A DNA stretch of 63,977 nt, counting the filler, from Collodictyon triciliatum (lineage: Eukaryota), in assembly GCA_043381765.1 (NCBI GenBank). It is 14 parts of 14 records of this genome, joined end to end, with 100 filler letters (N's around TTAATTAATTAA, not from the genome) between each part and the next. Parts side by side here need not be neighbours in the genome. Positions count along the whole stretch, not along the records: positions 1 to 4,602 come from JBHJMP010005931.1; positions 4,703 to 9,303 come from JBHJMP010005932.1; positions 9,404 to 14,004 come from JBHJMP010005934.1; 11 more parts are not named here. One strand, written 5' to 3'. Within the stretch, counting starts at the first letter, position 1; the number at the start of each line of letters is the position of its first letter. The notes beneath the pieces were generated by a model. That model was not told the origin of the DNA. It made no database searches and saw nothing but the letters and a program-made list of their open reading frames with translations. The position numbers and the translations under genes are program-made. Below, in pieces: positions 1-13,628 of the stretch.

Positions 1-180
1 GGTTTTTTTATTTGGTTTTTTTATTTGGTTTTTTTATTTGGTTTTTTTATTTGGTTTTTTTATTTGGTTTTTTTATTTGGTTTTTTTATTTGGTTTTTTA
101 TTTGGTTTTTTATTTGGTTTTTTATTTGGTTTTTTATTTGGTTTTTTATTTGGTTTTTATTTGGTTTTTATTTGGTTTTA
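1..180. repeat. (GGTTTTTTATTT)n-type T-rich simple repeat at window start
   Basis: Directly visible 11-13 nt tandem unit; a similar array lies in a RINT1 intron at ~12540-12680. Confidence 0.9.
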
Positions 181-199
181 TTTTTTCGACTTTCTTAAG

Positions 200-601
200 G
201 GTAAGTATACAATTTGGAGAATAAAGTGGCTTGGTATGTAATGGTGATGGAGTGCGTGTACAAGCAAAAGTGTCAACGCAAGCAGCACAAAGTCACGCGG
301 ACTAAAAATGAGCCATCTTTGCAACCTCTATCTCTCTTTCGATCGTGTGGAATGATAAGTTTTGTTTGTCTGCTGCGATTCTGCTTCTGCTTCTGATTCT
401 GCCTCCAGGGAAACCATGGGATCTGAAAACGGTTTTGTTCTGCGGCCGGTTATTTCCGTGCCCTTCTTTGTTCTGTGGAAATTGTCTTTTTATGGCATGG
501 ATGCTCAGTCCAGCGGGTCGATGTTCATGTGTGTGTTCGACGAGCTCTGTGCAGAACCCTGGTTGCCCGGTGAAAGAAAGCCGCGGAGGATGTCGCCCTG
601 A
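200..601 (+). CDS. 3' exons of an unidentified gene (partial)
   Basis: GT-AG exons 200-233, 409-448 and 514-601 splice in phase to GKYTIWRIKWLGKPWDLKTVLFCGRGSMFMCVFDELCAEPWLPGERKPRRMSP*; no family recognised. Confidence 0.4.
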
Positions 602-2117
602 TTAAGTAAGATTGAATAAGCCCTTTATTTTTTTTGGATTTTCTGCATTTAAATCACAGAAAATATGGCGTGTTTTGGTGATGCATGGACAGGAAAGAGA
701 GTGACGCACGAATAGGTTTTGGAGTCCGTTTGATCTTTGTGGCGTTTGGAAGAACTTTGAGGAGATGGAGTCGATAAGCTAATTTACAGACGGGGGTAGA
801 AAGTTCATCAATCATGTAATTGGTTATGGCTATAATTGGTTCTCAACGAGCTCAATGTGCATCGAGGTTGTCGTGGATGGAATTCATACGCCAGAAAATG
901 CAGGGTCTCGGTTTATTGATTCCTCATATGTTGTTTTAAGCATGTTAAAGAAGGGTAGAGATTTCTTCTCCAAAGCCTATGGAATAAATGGTTGGTTTGC
1001 TCGTTATCTTAGTTTTTAGGTACAAGGAAGTCAATTTTATATTAACAAGGTATGGTTTTGGACACTGGTGTTTGTATAATCACTCCAACTAAGTTGGGGG
1101 ATTTATCAGTCTGTGTGAATATATCAGGGCTTTGCAAATATGTTTCGATTGTACCTTGAAGAGAAGGCCAATATAGTTGATCAAAGGGGTTTGCGGAAAG
1201 TCAGCGGATGGGACGTGAGTGCAGATATATTTGAACAAGTCTTTTCCCTCATCCAAGAGGCCTCTGGAAAGGTAGCTAAGTTGTAATCCAGGTCAGATAT
1301 TTGTTCCACAAAAGTGGCCTGGGTACCAGCGAATGTCATATTTCATGGCATGAAGATAGATAAACTAGCCCTAGAATCGGTATTCTCTATTCAATAAATA
1401 CATTCATCAAGAAAATTACACTAGGACTGGCCGGACGATGAGCATATCTTTCTCCGTTGCCGCACATTTACTGGACCACTTAACAATTACATTCCCAAGA
1501 GAGTTTACAGAAACAAGCTTCAAATAGAATTTCTGAGCCCTGGAATCCAGTTAATGGTAAAATACAAATCTTGAGATGAGAATATATGCATATAGGAGAA
1601 TGCTAGCCTCAAATTTGGCTTTACATTTGGCTGGTGTACAATAGTTCTACTTTTTTCATATTTTTTTTTTAAAAAAAAAAGCAATTTTCGTTTGATATTT
1701 CAATACAAAATAATGATACATTCCATAATTCCCAGCCGTGTAGTGGGATTCTGCCAGGGAGAGTACTTGCTCCGCCGACAGCTCTTCCTTCCCGTCTCCA
1801 TTCATGAATCTATTTGACAGAAAGATGGAATAAAATAGAAAAGAGTATAGGAATATATTTATCACATTTTTGTCATATATTGTTTGGTATGTCCTCTTGG
1901 TTGGGCTTAATTTCAACATAATTATGATTATGATTTTTTTTATTCTTCCTTTCAATTTTGTGCAGGATGGTGAAGATGTTGGCTTTTCAACATAATTATG
2001 ATATTAAGTTTTGTAAATCCATCCTACTTTGTTGATGTTGTCAAAAATTGAACTCGAGCCTGTCCAGGAGGCAAAAGTTCCTCAAATTTTCTAACTACCT
2101 CTTCAATAATAATTAAG
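602..2117 (-). CDS. GET4: Golgi to ER traffic protein 4 (GET4/TRC35); 5' part lies in the N gap
   Basis: Spliced product contains ARVQFLTTSTKF...AESHYTAGNYGMAQKFYL...VKWSSKCAATEKDMLIVRPVLVYLSRG...PLINYIGLLFKALEKKSLPFFNMLKTTYEESINRDPAFSGLIDSISSKFF...GLQNLFGLFNLT*, which matches GET4 motifs; possible ATG at ~2738 beyond the gap. Confidence 0.85.
1911..2002 (-). mobile_element. Tiny A-tailed insertion (family B) with 18-bp target-site duplication, in a GET4 intron
   Basis: TTTCAACATAATTATGAT at 1911-1928 and 1985-2002 flanks (minus strand) ...TCCTGCACAAAATTGAAAGGAAGAATAAAAAAAA, nearly identical to 53678-53710. Confidence 0.7.
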
Positions 2118-2284
2118 CTATTTCAGTTGGTGATTAAGATAGAAAAAATACTTCATCTTAAGTGTAAAATTTTCATTAAAAAATTGTTGACTGTAGATAC
2201 TTCGACCATAGTCTCTAATTTGATTTTTGTTTTTGTTGTTTTGTTGTTTTGTTGTTTTGTTGTTTTGTTGTTTTGTTGTTTTGT

Positions 2285-2728
2285 NNNNNNNNNNNNNNNN
2301 NNNNNNNNNNNNNNNNNNNNNNNNNNNNNNNNNNNNNNNNNNNNNNNNNNNNNNNNNNNNNNNNNNNNNNNNNNNNNNNNNNNNNNNNNNNNNNNNNNNN
2401 NNNNNNNNNNNNNNNNNNNNNNNNNNNNNNNNNNNNNNNNNNNNNNNNNNNNNNNNNNNNNNNNNNNNNNNNNNNNNNNNNNNNNNNNNNNNNNNNNNNN
2501 NNNNNNNNNNNNNNNNNNNNNNNNNNNNNNNNNNNNNNNNNNNNNNNNNNNNNNNNNNNNNNNNNNNNNNNNNNNNNNNNNNNNNNNNNNNNNNNNNNNN
2601 NNNNNNNNNNNNNNNNNNNNNNNNNNNNNNNNNNNNNNNNNNNNNNNNNNNNNNNNNNNNNNNNNNNNNNNNNNNNNNNNNNNNNNNNNNNNNNNNNNNN
2701 NNNNNNNNNNNNNNNNNNNNNNNNNNNN
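2285..2728. other. Intra-scaffold assembly gap (444 N)
   Basis: N run with no linker motif. Confidence 1.
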
Positions 2729-3108
2729 GTCGACATGCGCTCAAAACTACCATTGCGAGTCGTGGAGAAATGGTTTTAAACAAAGTGCATATCCAGAAGT
2801 ATTGTGTGTGGGCCCATTCTAGTGCTGTTTCCCAGCTTCTTTTTTTCTTTTTTCCTTTTCTGTTCTTTTTCGCCCTAGATTAGTGCAATAGGTGATGCTA
2901 AAAGATCTTGTAAAAATATATGCCATTAAATGATGAGTTTATGATGGCATCGATATTTTTATTGGAGAGCGACAATTGGTTGGCTGCACACCATCCACAC
3001 AAAGAAAGGCTGCGAGTGGGTATTGTCACCAGGAAGAATGGTGAGTGGGGGGTATAGAACCACGTGCCGTCTGAGACACTCCTCGCCGACTTGCTCCACT
3101 GATTTTGC

Positions 3109-4037
3109 TTACAGTCTGGCAGTGATAAAGTTTATTCAATCACTCCGATAAAGTAAAATGAAACAATGAGCTTTTCATAGATAGTTAAGGCAGTAGGCAG
3201 AAATGAGATACTTTTTTGAGACGCCCATGGCGATCAGAACGATAACTGTAATGATAACCGCGACAACAAAGAAGATGAGCAGGGTGAGCTAATTTGCATG
3301 GAATTCTTGTTAGAGCCATGCGGTTACGTGTAATTAGGGGAACATGAATACTGGAAGTTAAGTTCATAATGAGGGATGTATGTGCCAGTATGTATTCTGT
3401 TAAACTCACTTTGGCGTTCTTCCACCACATGTTTCTCTTGAGGGTAACAGCTTGCTTCTGGAAGACGTGGGCATCCTTGCTGAGATTGTCTATATCCCGT
3501 AATGATAGTGAGGCGACAATGAGGGTGAATAAGAGTGATTAGTGGTGAGATGGAATACTTGATACAAGAATGCACTCATCAATTATAATGAGAGGATATG
3601 TAGAAACCTAGTAAGTGAAGAAAAGGAATGGGGCGAATACAAAATCGTGTAACAGGTTAGAAACCCCCACCGGTTTTATCCTTGAGCACGTCAAGATTTT
3701 CTTGATTTCTTAGAGCAGTGTCTATGTTTTTTTTCATGAGCCCGGTGACTTCATCAACTTGGCCTTGGACTTGCTTGATCTTTTCAGTTCTGGTGCATGT
3801 ATGTATTTTGAGAGTTAGTACTATTCTAACCTCTCTCTCTCTGTCTCTGTCTCTCTTTTTTTAAGAAAAAAATGTGGGAACAAAATGAGATGCGTTTGAG
3901 GGCTACAAAGAAAATGTTAAATATGGTTGTGTGATTAAAGCAAATAGGAAAAGGTGACTGCGATAAGCTCAAATAAGATTTTCGAATTTGTGTTAGCAAG
4001 AAGCAAGAAAGGACACAGTAAAACTCTACCCTGACAT
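3109..4037 (-). CDS. Synaptobrevin/VAMP-type R-SNARE (short brevin, about 100 aa)
   Basis: Five exons splice to MSGTEKIKQVQGQVDEVTGLMKKNIDTALRNQENLDVLKDKTDNLSKDAHVFQKQAVTLKRNMWWKNAKLTLLIFFVVAVIITVIVLIAMGVSKKL*: R-SNARE coiled coil, WWKN motif and C-terminal TM helix. Confidence 0.93.
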
Positions 4038-4602
4038 CTTGCGTGATGCTTCAGTGAGAGAGTTCCTAAAAGTTACGTTAATAAGACCTCAGACTCTGAT
4101 CATTTGTCTTTGAGAGTTTAAGACAACACAAGCACAACACTGTCAAAAAGTAGGACAAAGTCGGCTGAAGGGCTTGGGCTGTATTAGTTGTGCAATATTA
4201 TGCGTGCAAGTGTCCTTTTCGTGTATCCGAGTCTTTTATTAACGATGGTCTTTTGAGTGAAAGCAAAACTAGATGGATGGACACTCCGCAAAGTAATTAT
4301 AGAGCACAGAGTGTGTCTATGTTGACGAGGCAGATTGATCAAATCGAGCAAGTTAAATTCCGACAGCTGATACTCTTCATTTTTCTTCTTTTCTTTTCTT
4401 CTTTTCTTCTTCTTTTCTTCTTCTTTTCTTCTTCTTTTCTTCTTCTTTTCTTCTTCTTTTCTTCTTCTTTTCTTTTCTTCTCTTCTTTTCTTTTCTTCTT
4501 TTCTTTTTCTTTTTTTCTTTTTTTCTTTTTTTCTTTTTTTCTTTTTTCTTTTTTCTTTTTTTCTTTTTTTCTTTTTTTCTTTTTTTCTTTTTTTCTTTTT
4601 TT

Positions 4603-4702
4603 NNNNNNNNNNNNNNNNNNNNNNNNNNNNNNNNNNNNNNNNNNNNTTAATTAATTAANNNNNNNNNNNNNNNNNNNNNNNNNNNNNNNNNNNNNNNNNN
4701 NN
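4603..4702. other. Artificial contig linker (44N-TTAATTAATTAA-44N); repeated at 9304, 14005, 18706, 23406, 28106, 32800, 37492, 42183, 46874, 51565, 56256 and 60947
   Basis: Identical 100-bp spacer with stops in all six frames; intervening segments fall from 4601 to 4591 bp in non-increasing order. Confidence 0.98.
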
Positions 4703-4774
<72 letters not shown>

Positions 4775-4797
4775 GATTCAAGGCTGTTTATATATAC

Positions 4798-7700
4798 CTG
4801 CAATCATTCCTTGCATCAGTCCACACAAACTGGATACGAGATTGAAGTCAACTGATGGTATATTTTCCTTGCATTCCTTCCTGACAAATGCGAGACCTTC
4901 AGGGACGTACTGCTCGAATAATGATACGATAAAGTCCTTTTGGTTGGCATTAATCTGTAATGAGAGTTTTATGTAAAAGAAATGGTCAAATTTCCGTGTA
5001 CTTAATATAAAAATGTCGCAATTATAAGTATTCGGATGTAGGGTAGAAATAGCAATAATAATAGTAATAAGCAGAGCATACATCAGATAATGACTCTGCC
5101 CATGACTTCACGTAGGGTATATATCCTATGACAGATGGTTGCATGTCTGCAAATGGTTCAGGAACTATATGTGGAACTACATGTGGAACATATGCACCTT
5201 GGAAATAATAGAAGACTCCCCATAAAGTCAGAAATATGTACCAGGTTATTTTTCTAATAAATGACTTCAAATATCAAACTAATGTAAAGTCATGCATCAT
5301 CAAGGATACACACCATGCCACAACGACTGACAGTGGCGGGTGATGCATTCGCCAAGTCACCAACTTCAAACATCATATGAACGGTCCTAATCATTAAGAT
5401 TAAAAGATAGCGGGGTTATTCCTGCATTTCGCTAATATTTTCATCCTCCTTTTGTATGTACATTTTATAAGCATAAAATGGTGGCTTTTCCATTCTTTTT
5501 TTCTTTTTTTCTTTTTTTCTTTTTTTCTTTTTTTCTTTTTTTCTTTTTTTCTTTTTTTCTTTTTTTCTTTTTTTCTTTTTTTCTTTTTTTCTTTTCTGTT
5601 AATATCTGGTCTTGGAGATTTTTGATTCTTACACAATGATAAGATTAAAATCTAAGAGTATATGTAAAAAGGACTCACGAAGACAGCTTTATACGCTCTC
5701 CATTGGCCAAACAGAGAAGTTTATTATCATCAAGTACGCTGTTCATGTCTGAATGTAATGTAAAGCAATAATTAAGATTGCTTTGAATGCAATTTGCATC
5801 AATAAAATATCAACAGAAATAAAAAAAATCTATGCTTTAAAAGGATTTGTAGATGAAACCGCTACGTTCCACTTTCACCAAAACAAACTTTCAATCCACA
5901 AGGCATCAACAGGGCCATCAAATATAATCCACTTTTGCATTTTCGAGTGATCATTCACTGATTGTCGGACAATAGACGCTGCGAGTCCATCATGCCATTC
6001 TCTGGTGATTGTGTTGTACTCACCATAAAGTTCACCCATGGTTATACACTAATGAAATATAGCTATTGAGTTATCAAATTACAATCTTTATGTTCGGAAC
6101 AGAAACGCACCTTTGGGTTCATAGTGAAAGTTTTCACTGGCAAGTACGTAGATGTAGTTTTTTGCAGGCTGTTCATAGCTTGTGCAAGAGTCTAATCCGA
6201 CATAACCCCCTCAGACTTTGCTCATTTGTCTAGAAACTGAACTGAAATGCTACACGATTATTATTATTATTTTTGTTTGTGTATCTTGAGAACCTGGTAT
6301 GAAACAGTCTTGCCCGATGCTGTTGGGCCCACAAGCATAACTCCATGTCTTACATTCATCGTTTCGTAAAGCTGTAATACTTTGGTTTCCAAGTCGTGTA
6401 CATACTGGAATAGAAATATGGCTCTAAATTAGTAAAGACAACATAAACCTCATCACATCAACATTATAATTACTCGCCCAGATGCTCCAATTTCGATCAT
6501 TCTTTTAATATATATATATATCACCCACTTGGTATTTGCTAGCGGCTAATGACTGTTTGATCGCCACAGATAAGCTTCCATATTCCTTTTTAAAATGAAA
6601 AATGAGGCATTATTAAATCGTCTTCTATTTAAACTCTTTTTTAAAAACAAAAATTACAATTATAATAAAGATAAGGGTATTTGCTTGCCTCTTCTTTCTC
6701 ACAGAACAAAAAATAAAGACATGTATTGAAAATTACATGCTCCGGGACAACGATTCCTGGAAATAGATCGGACAGAATTCCTTGGAAGAGCGGTACATCC
6801 TCGGCCAGGAATTTGGGAAGGTCTTCAGAAAAAAAATATATTAAATTTTGAGAGAAGGATGCTAGTTTGTTCATTTTTCTGTGAGAAAATAGAAAGAAGG
6901 AAGGAAAATTCCAATGTGGAAGCGAAAATTTAAAACAATACTGCTATCGCGTAAAGCACGGATAAGTACAACATCTTCTTGAAGAGACTGGTTTGCACGC
7001 TTCAATGTACCAGCCATGACAAGAACTGATTTTACTGCTCGAAGTCCAAAATCATAATGGTCTTGCTGTGAAAGTTGCTCAGAGGACAGCTTGTACAAGT
7101 TAACCTTATTATTTTAGAAGAAAAGGAAAGCAACGTGTATTTTGTTAGTATCGCAAAAAATAAACTATTTGAAAAACATTTCATCGCTGGATTCATACTG
7201 CAGGTGAATACGATAATTTCATAAGTACACTTCATACATGGATTAAGTATTTCCTTGATCATATAGAGTTTTTTTTTCATTACCAGCTTTGATGCATACA
7301 TCCTAGCTCCTTCAAAACCTTCAGAAAACAAGATAATCTCAGTAATGAGTGCGTAATCAGGTATCATCATAGCCACCGGGCGAAACAACGCTTGGAGATT
7401 GTCAGGAAGTTCTGTTCTTCCCGCATATCCCGGGTTCATTGTGATGAAATACCTATGTGTCGAATAAATAATCACGATTAGAAAAAAGTACGCCGCAAGG
7501 GGGTAAAAAATAAAATATAGATGTTACCCGCATGTAGGATTCAATTTGATTTCATGTCCTTCGAACATAAATCTTGATAGACGTGCAGACATGGCATACT
7601 TTATCGTCAGGATTTGCTGTGCAATCACAGATAGGACTTCGATGTCAATTCTGGTGGATTGTTTTATTGATAAGTATGTTTTTTTTTGATTTTTTGATTT

Positions 7701-9072
7701 TTTGATTCTTTTGATTCTTTTGATTCTTTTGATTCTTTTGATTCTTTTGATTCTTTTGATTCTTTTGATTCTTTTGTTTTTTGTTCACGAAAGTGAGATA
7801 CGATGGTAGAAACATAGTCAAATTATCTGGGGATTTAATGAAAAGAATTGCACAGTGACCTGTTAAACTCATCAAAGCAACACCAAGCACCAGCTTGCAC
7901 CAACCCGGAAAAGAATTTACCCATCATTTTGTAATCAAGTCCGTCAGAACAATTGAAGACCTAAATATGATTTCAGATGAGATGGATCTCACCAAGCACC
8001 TTGACATGAAAAGAATTCCGTTTTATTTACATGTTTTGGTGAATAAGACCACATACGACACACTGCTTTCCAAGAGCCTTTGCCAGATCCTTCACCGTTT
8101 CAGTCTTTCCTGTGCCTGCTGGTCCAGATGGAGCGCCACCAAGTTGGAGATTCAATGCAGTAGTAAGAGTGATATCTTTTTTGGTCAAGAAATTAACAAT
8201 ATGTTTTGTTTTTTACGTTATTAATAAGAGAGATGGCGAGGACAAAAGAACGATAGAGACAAGATAATAACAGAGAAGAATTGAAAAAAAAAAAGGAATA
8301 AACCGAACGTTTTATATTAGAATTAGTATATAGAGATGAACTGAAATGAGTGTTATATTTTGCACACAAATTTGGATACAGCACCGATCTGTCAATGGTG
8401 TTAACACGAGACGAGTCGTGCAGCCTAGATACTCGTATCCATAGTTGAAAGAAGCACTGGTCTGCCGAATGCTTGTATCTTCAGCTTCGGAATCGTAATA
8501 ATATCTTTGAAATAAAAATCACCAGGGAAAATATCAGCAAATACAATGACGTGGTCTTATGTACGTGCTTCTCGTTGTTATTACCCCAACCGTAAATAGT
8601 ATTAATAATACTAACGGGATAAAAATAAGAATGCGATATTCGTTTTGAAAAATAAGTGAACATTATGAATATGAATCAAATATGCCATGAAAAGGACTTC
8701 GTTTGATCTAAATAATACCGCAGTTGTTTCATCCACGAAAAGTCCGTTGTAGCAGAAACTTTCTCATCAATCATAGCTGAGAGAATATCCCTGGCGTGAA
8801 CGTCAATTGTAAGGAGGGCTCCGAGGACACCTCTCTGTATAATTATCAATGTTTAGCTTGAAATTGGTAAAAGATTCTGAATAATTTGTGCGTGTAGGTG
8901 ACGTATGGGAAGGAAATAGAAAAAAAATAAAAACCTGAAGAGAAGTCAGCTCTCCTCTAACAAGTTCAGCAAGCTTTGATAAGTTGGCAATTGAAGTGGT
9001 CCTCATTTCAGTCAGTCCTTGGTTTGGGTTTGTAGAGTTTAAGCACGCTGTGACTTGTTTACACCAAAAAAT
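4798..9072 (-). CDS. Axonemal dynein heavy chain, internal fragment (linker end, AAA1-AAA2), about 17 exons
   Basis: [36 protein letters not shown] (P-loop 1), [54 protein letters not shown] (P-loop 2), [44 protein letters not shown]; the sequence type resembles inner-arm axonemal chains. Confidence 0.97.
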
Positions 9073-9206
9073 CTATGAAAATTGTAATGATTAAAATGCA
9101 TGCGGTTTATGGGATTTGTCGCGATGATACTATGTAAGGGAGCTATTACGTTATAAGTAGGATATGGAAATTTTAATATTCGTAAGTTCGAAAAGGATAA
9201 AGAACA

Positions 9207-9303
9207 AAGGAAAGGAAAGGAAAGGAAAGGAAAGGAAAGGAAAGGAAAGGAAAGGAAAGGAAAGGAAAGGAAAGGAAAGGAAAGGAAAGGAAAGGAAAGG
9301 AAA
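9207..9303. repeat. (GGAAA)n microsatellite at a contig end
   Basis: Direct tandem array. Confidence 0.95.
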
Positions 9304-9404
9304 NNNNNNNNNNNNNNNNNNNNNNNNNNNNNNNNNNNNNNNNNNNNTTAATTAATTAANNNNNNNNNNNNNNNNNNNNNNNNNNNNNNNNNNNNNNNNN
9401 NNNT

Positions 9405-9499
<95 letters not shown>

Positions 9500-9527
9500 T
9501 AACTTAAGGATCAATCCCAGAGGTTCA

Positions 9528-12500
9528 ATGGAAGAGTCTGGATGCGATGCATTTGAGAGTGCTTCAGCATATTTGGAGACGCACGGACTTTCTTTATCTG
9601 AGATTCGCAAGTATGGCCTCAACAACCAAAGCTCAATCGAGCTTCTCATAAAAAAGGTTTCGTCTTATTCAACCAGAATATTGTCACTCGCTACCAGGTC
9701 TTTCATCATTATCGATAGGCCCATCATACAGTTTAGTTAAGCACAACCCTATGGCAACGTGCTAGAAATAATTATTCATTCATATCCAAACAGAGTATTA
9801 GAACATAAATTTGTATAGAAGGACGCACTCATCGCAGAAAGGCTTCATCTGAGTCATCAAAAGAAAGCCATTTCCGAGCAAAAACGTGAATACATATCAA
9901 CGTCTCGTGAGAAGCTTTGTGAGCTCATTTCTGAGATTGAAAGCACCCTCCAGGAAGTGTGTTGAAATAAATTATATCATGATGTCTGATTTTTTTCCTT
10001 TATTCGACTATCATGATGTCTGATTTAACCTCATATATAATTACTCTTGTTCGTCTTCTGAGACACTTGGTTGAGCTAAATAATGCATAAAATTCTGCCC
10101 TAATAGGAGCAATTGTATAAGGAATCAGAGGGAGCCCTCAACTCCATGATTATCACCCTTCGCGAAGATGTTTATCATCGCATAGTCTCTAAAATTCTTG
10201 AAACACAGTTAGGGAATATTCAATATGTGCATATTTGCTGTGAGCATTTGAACTTTGGCAAGTAGCCATCTCCATTTGCCATATTTTTCTGACTTTATCG
10301 TTAAAAAAAAAAAGGAAAGATATCGATGAAAATCTCAAAAAAACATCTGACACGATGAGTTCTACACCAATCATCATCTTGTTTAAAATTGTGAAGCTTT
10401 TGGACCAAACTCCATGGGATAACTTGAAGAAAAAATCAGCCCTGCTCTTTCATAATTATCGTGACCAGTATTATGGGAAACTCAAAGAGTATTTCCTTTT
10501 GTTATTTATTTGTACATATCCTCATCCAATTTTCTATCTCGCTTCTTGATTTATGGAATTTAATTTTATTTCATTATCTTTTCCTTCTCGCATGGAAGTG
10601 GGTTCAGGTCTTCCTTATGTGCTATGAACTGGCCGATACTAAAAGTGTTAGATTCCAAACAATTCCAAACACCAACTCAATCGGATGATAAAGCCACAGC
10701 TGGAGTATCATCCCCAGAAAACAAAGAATTTACTTCTGTATTGACCACTCTTTTTGAAATCGATCGAGAGTATGATGTCCATACGTATACCACCTCTCCA
10801 ATACCAGTGAATCTTTTGGTCCTTTCTTTCTGGTCCGAAAGAACTTTTCTCAGTATAATACACATGTAGAATACATTCAAGTAACTCAAGTGATACTCCC
10901 ACCGACATGAATCTGACTGCTTTTGATATTCTCATGGAGCCGCTGAAGATTCGATTTCAATATCATTTTGATGGAAACAAGAAAACAAATAATATTGCTA
11001 AAGTAGAGCCACATTTACGTGTCTAATTTGAAAAACAATGATAAAAATCCATCTCAAGTACATTATTAACACGAATTTTGTAAACTTAGCCAGAACTGTA
11101 CCTGGTATTTACGATGGATACAATTTATTCACATTCAAGCTTTATTGAAAAAAACATCGCAGGTGTTATGAATAAAACGTTGCCATCTTACCTAGACGCA
11201 AAGGTGTGGTATTTCTATTCATTAATTGTGAATTAATATCTTAGAATCCACTGATAATATCCTGTTCTCAAATATTTATCTTTTTTTTTCTCTCGTTTTA
11301 ATAAATACTATTTTATTAGACTGAATTTATCAAAAGAGCGATGCAGCTTGTTAAAGATAAATTGAACCGAGATTTTCCAAAGATATCAAGTCATTCAGAA
11401 ATACTCCTCCATACGGTATTTGATTTACAAAAACAATGTGAATGAAACATACACCTTAGCTTTGAGCTGAGTAGTCCTCCATAGATTCATATTTTTCTTT
11501 CATTTGCAAGGAAAACTCATGGATTCAGTTTTTTGGTATATTTTGGTATACATAATTAATTTTCTGACCATGAGACAGTTTAGAGAAGTTGCTCAATTCG
11601 ACAATGACGTGAAGAAATTATGTGAAGAATCTGAAGAAATGGAGCCATGTCTATCAGTATTCCTTGAAAAGTCTCGTTGGGATATTATCATATCCAATTT
11701 AATGGAAGGCATGTCGAATATTTGAATGCACGGCTTGCTTTGATGATTTTTTACCCTTTATCTGACTCAAATTTTGGTACGTTTTGAAGTTATGAATCAT
11801 TTTTCCAACCTCGCTTCATCATATAGATTTTATTGGGAGATTCAAAAAAATGAAAACTTCAGACAGTGCATGGAAAATTAAATATCAACAAGGGGGTGTT
11901 GACCCATACAACCACTCGAATATTTCAGATGAACTCGTAAAGTACTTAAAGGAAATAGAAGGTAGTTTATATGAGCGAACACATTTGAGTAAATAATTGA
12001 AAATGCTATCACAAAACATTCGTGTATATACCGACTTATTTCCAACCTCTTTGACAGTGTTAGCATCCCCAATACCAAACCTTGAAACTAGGCTACAAAT
12101 GAGTTTTGATCTTCAAATTGAACTATTGCGTGAGTTCAAAATATCTGTAAGTATTTCGATATCTAACAGCTTGTGATTTTTTTCCACTTGTCTAGAATAA
12201 TCATTTTCATTTATGTTAGAAAACATCAGATTCTATAAATTTTGCGTGGCTTCTTTAAAAGTACTTATTTCTGATATGTTTGAAGAATGCCCAAATACTG
12301 GATGAAATCGATGGTGAAATGACCAGCGCTACCTTACAGCAAATATACACGGTTATCAATTCAGTATTTTACATTGAGCATGTTCTGGCCAATTTCGAGG
12401 ACCAGCAGGTATTAAAAAAATTTTTGTTGTATGCATTTTATTTTTTTACTTCATTCGATATTTTCCTTTTATATATTACTTCAAGGATATTACAATCAAC

Positions 12501-13628
12501 CATTGCTGTTTTTTTTTTTTTTTGATTTTTTGATTTTTAGTTTGGTTTTTATTTTTGGTTTTTTATTTTTGGTTTTTTATTTTTGGTTTTTTATTTTTGG
12601 TTTTTTATTTTTGGTTTTTTATTTTTTGGTTTTTATTTTTTGGTTTTTTATTTTTGGTTTTTTATTTTTGGTTTTTATTTTTCGTGCTCAGCAGAGCTAT
12701 TTAGTTTGCGAAAAAAATCACCGCGTAGTACTCGTATAAACTTGGCTCCAGTTTTACATAGAACTTTCCTTCACGGCAGCGGAGAATGGTCGTCTCTCGG
12801 AAGCGGCTATGGGCTCTAATCTACCGGGTCTCTTTGGCTCAATAACATTCGAATTATCAAAAGTCCGAAAGGAGGGTCTTAGCAAAGTTCTTCAGTATTT
12901 GAAGGACTTTTTCACAGAATCTGGGAAGCACTACTTTGGGAGAAGGTTGTAGTTTATTTTTCTTTTCATTTAGTCTGTGTATTTGATGTGAAACCTAGAG
13001 GACTCTGTTGGAAAACAAAACCTACACATTGCCAAATTAATCAATTTTAAAATTGTGCGTAGTTGTTTTATTATATGCAAATGACTTTATGTGTCAAGCC
13101 TGTTTTCGCTTGATTAAAGTGAAGGGAATATAGGAAATTATGGAGTGCTGCACATTTAATATCACTTACGGAAAGTGAAACTCCTGCTGTATCCCCCGAT
13201 ATCTTTTCTCTGATTTACGCTCTTCAACAACAAATCGATTTAATGAAAAACATACTACATCCTGAAATTTGGCGAACTGTTATCCGCAGACTCTTCGAAG
13301 TGATAGACGAGCTTGTATTTTTGGATATAGTAAATTTAAATTACGATATACTTTCCATTTTCCAGAAATGAAAACCCAAGAGAACACTTTTAAACCCCAT
13401 GAAAAGTGTTTTTATGCTATATATTACCTAATCGCATATTCAAATCAAAAATTTTATACTCGATATATTTATGTCAGTATGTGAGCGATTAATATAGCTT
13501 ATTGAAAAACTATTGTAGGTTCGTTTTTTCCATTTCAAACTAGGGGAAGCATCACAATTTCTTGTGGACATGGATTATCTCTTTCAATTCTCCCATATTC
13601 ACCTTGAAGAGAGAAAATCTTTCCCCAG
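9528..13628 (+). CDS. RINT1: RINT1/TIP20 family ER tethering (NRZ/Dsl1) subunit, 3' end incomplete
   Basis: Spliced product includes DILMEPLKIRFQYHFDGNKKTNNIAKPELYL (the family's RF.YHF...TN...KPE motif), SEILLHTFREVAQFD, INSVFYIEHVLANFEDQ, VSPDIF and GEASQFLVDM. Confidence 0.85.
9975..10026 (-). mobile_element. Tiny A-tailed insertion (family A) with 18-bp TSD, in a RINT1 intron
   Basis: TATCATGATGTCTGATTT at 9975-9992 and 10009-10026 flanks (minus strand) GTCGAATAAAGGAAAA. Confidence 0.65.

Noticed and set aside
1-180. Terminal GT-rich repeat as a telomere
   Set aside because: The unit is irregular, a similar array is intronic at ~12540-12680, and it leads into a probable splice acceptor
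1277-1420. Apparent in-frame TGA (1343-1345, minus strand) in GET4, suggesting selenocysteine or a variant genetic code
   Set aside because: It lies in an intron: the acceptor before 1276 gives the conserved PVLVYLSRG. No in-frame stops occur in the dynein, spastin or flippase exons I spliced, and Trp is TGG
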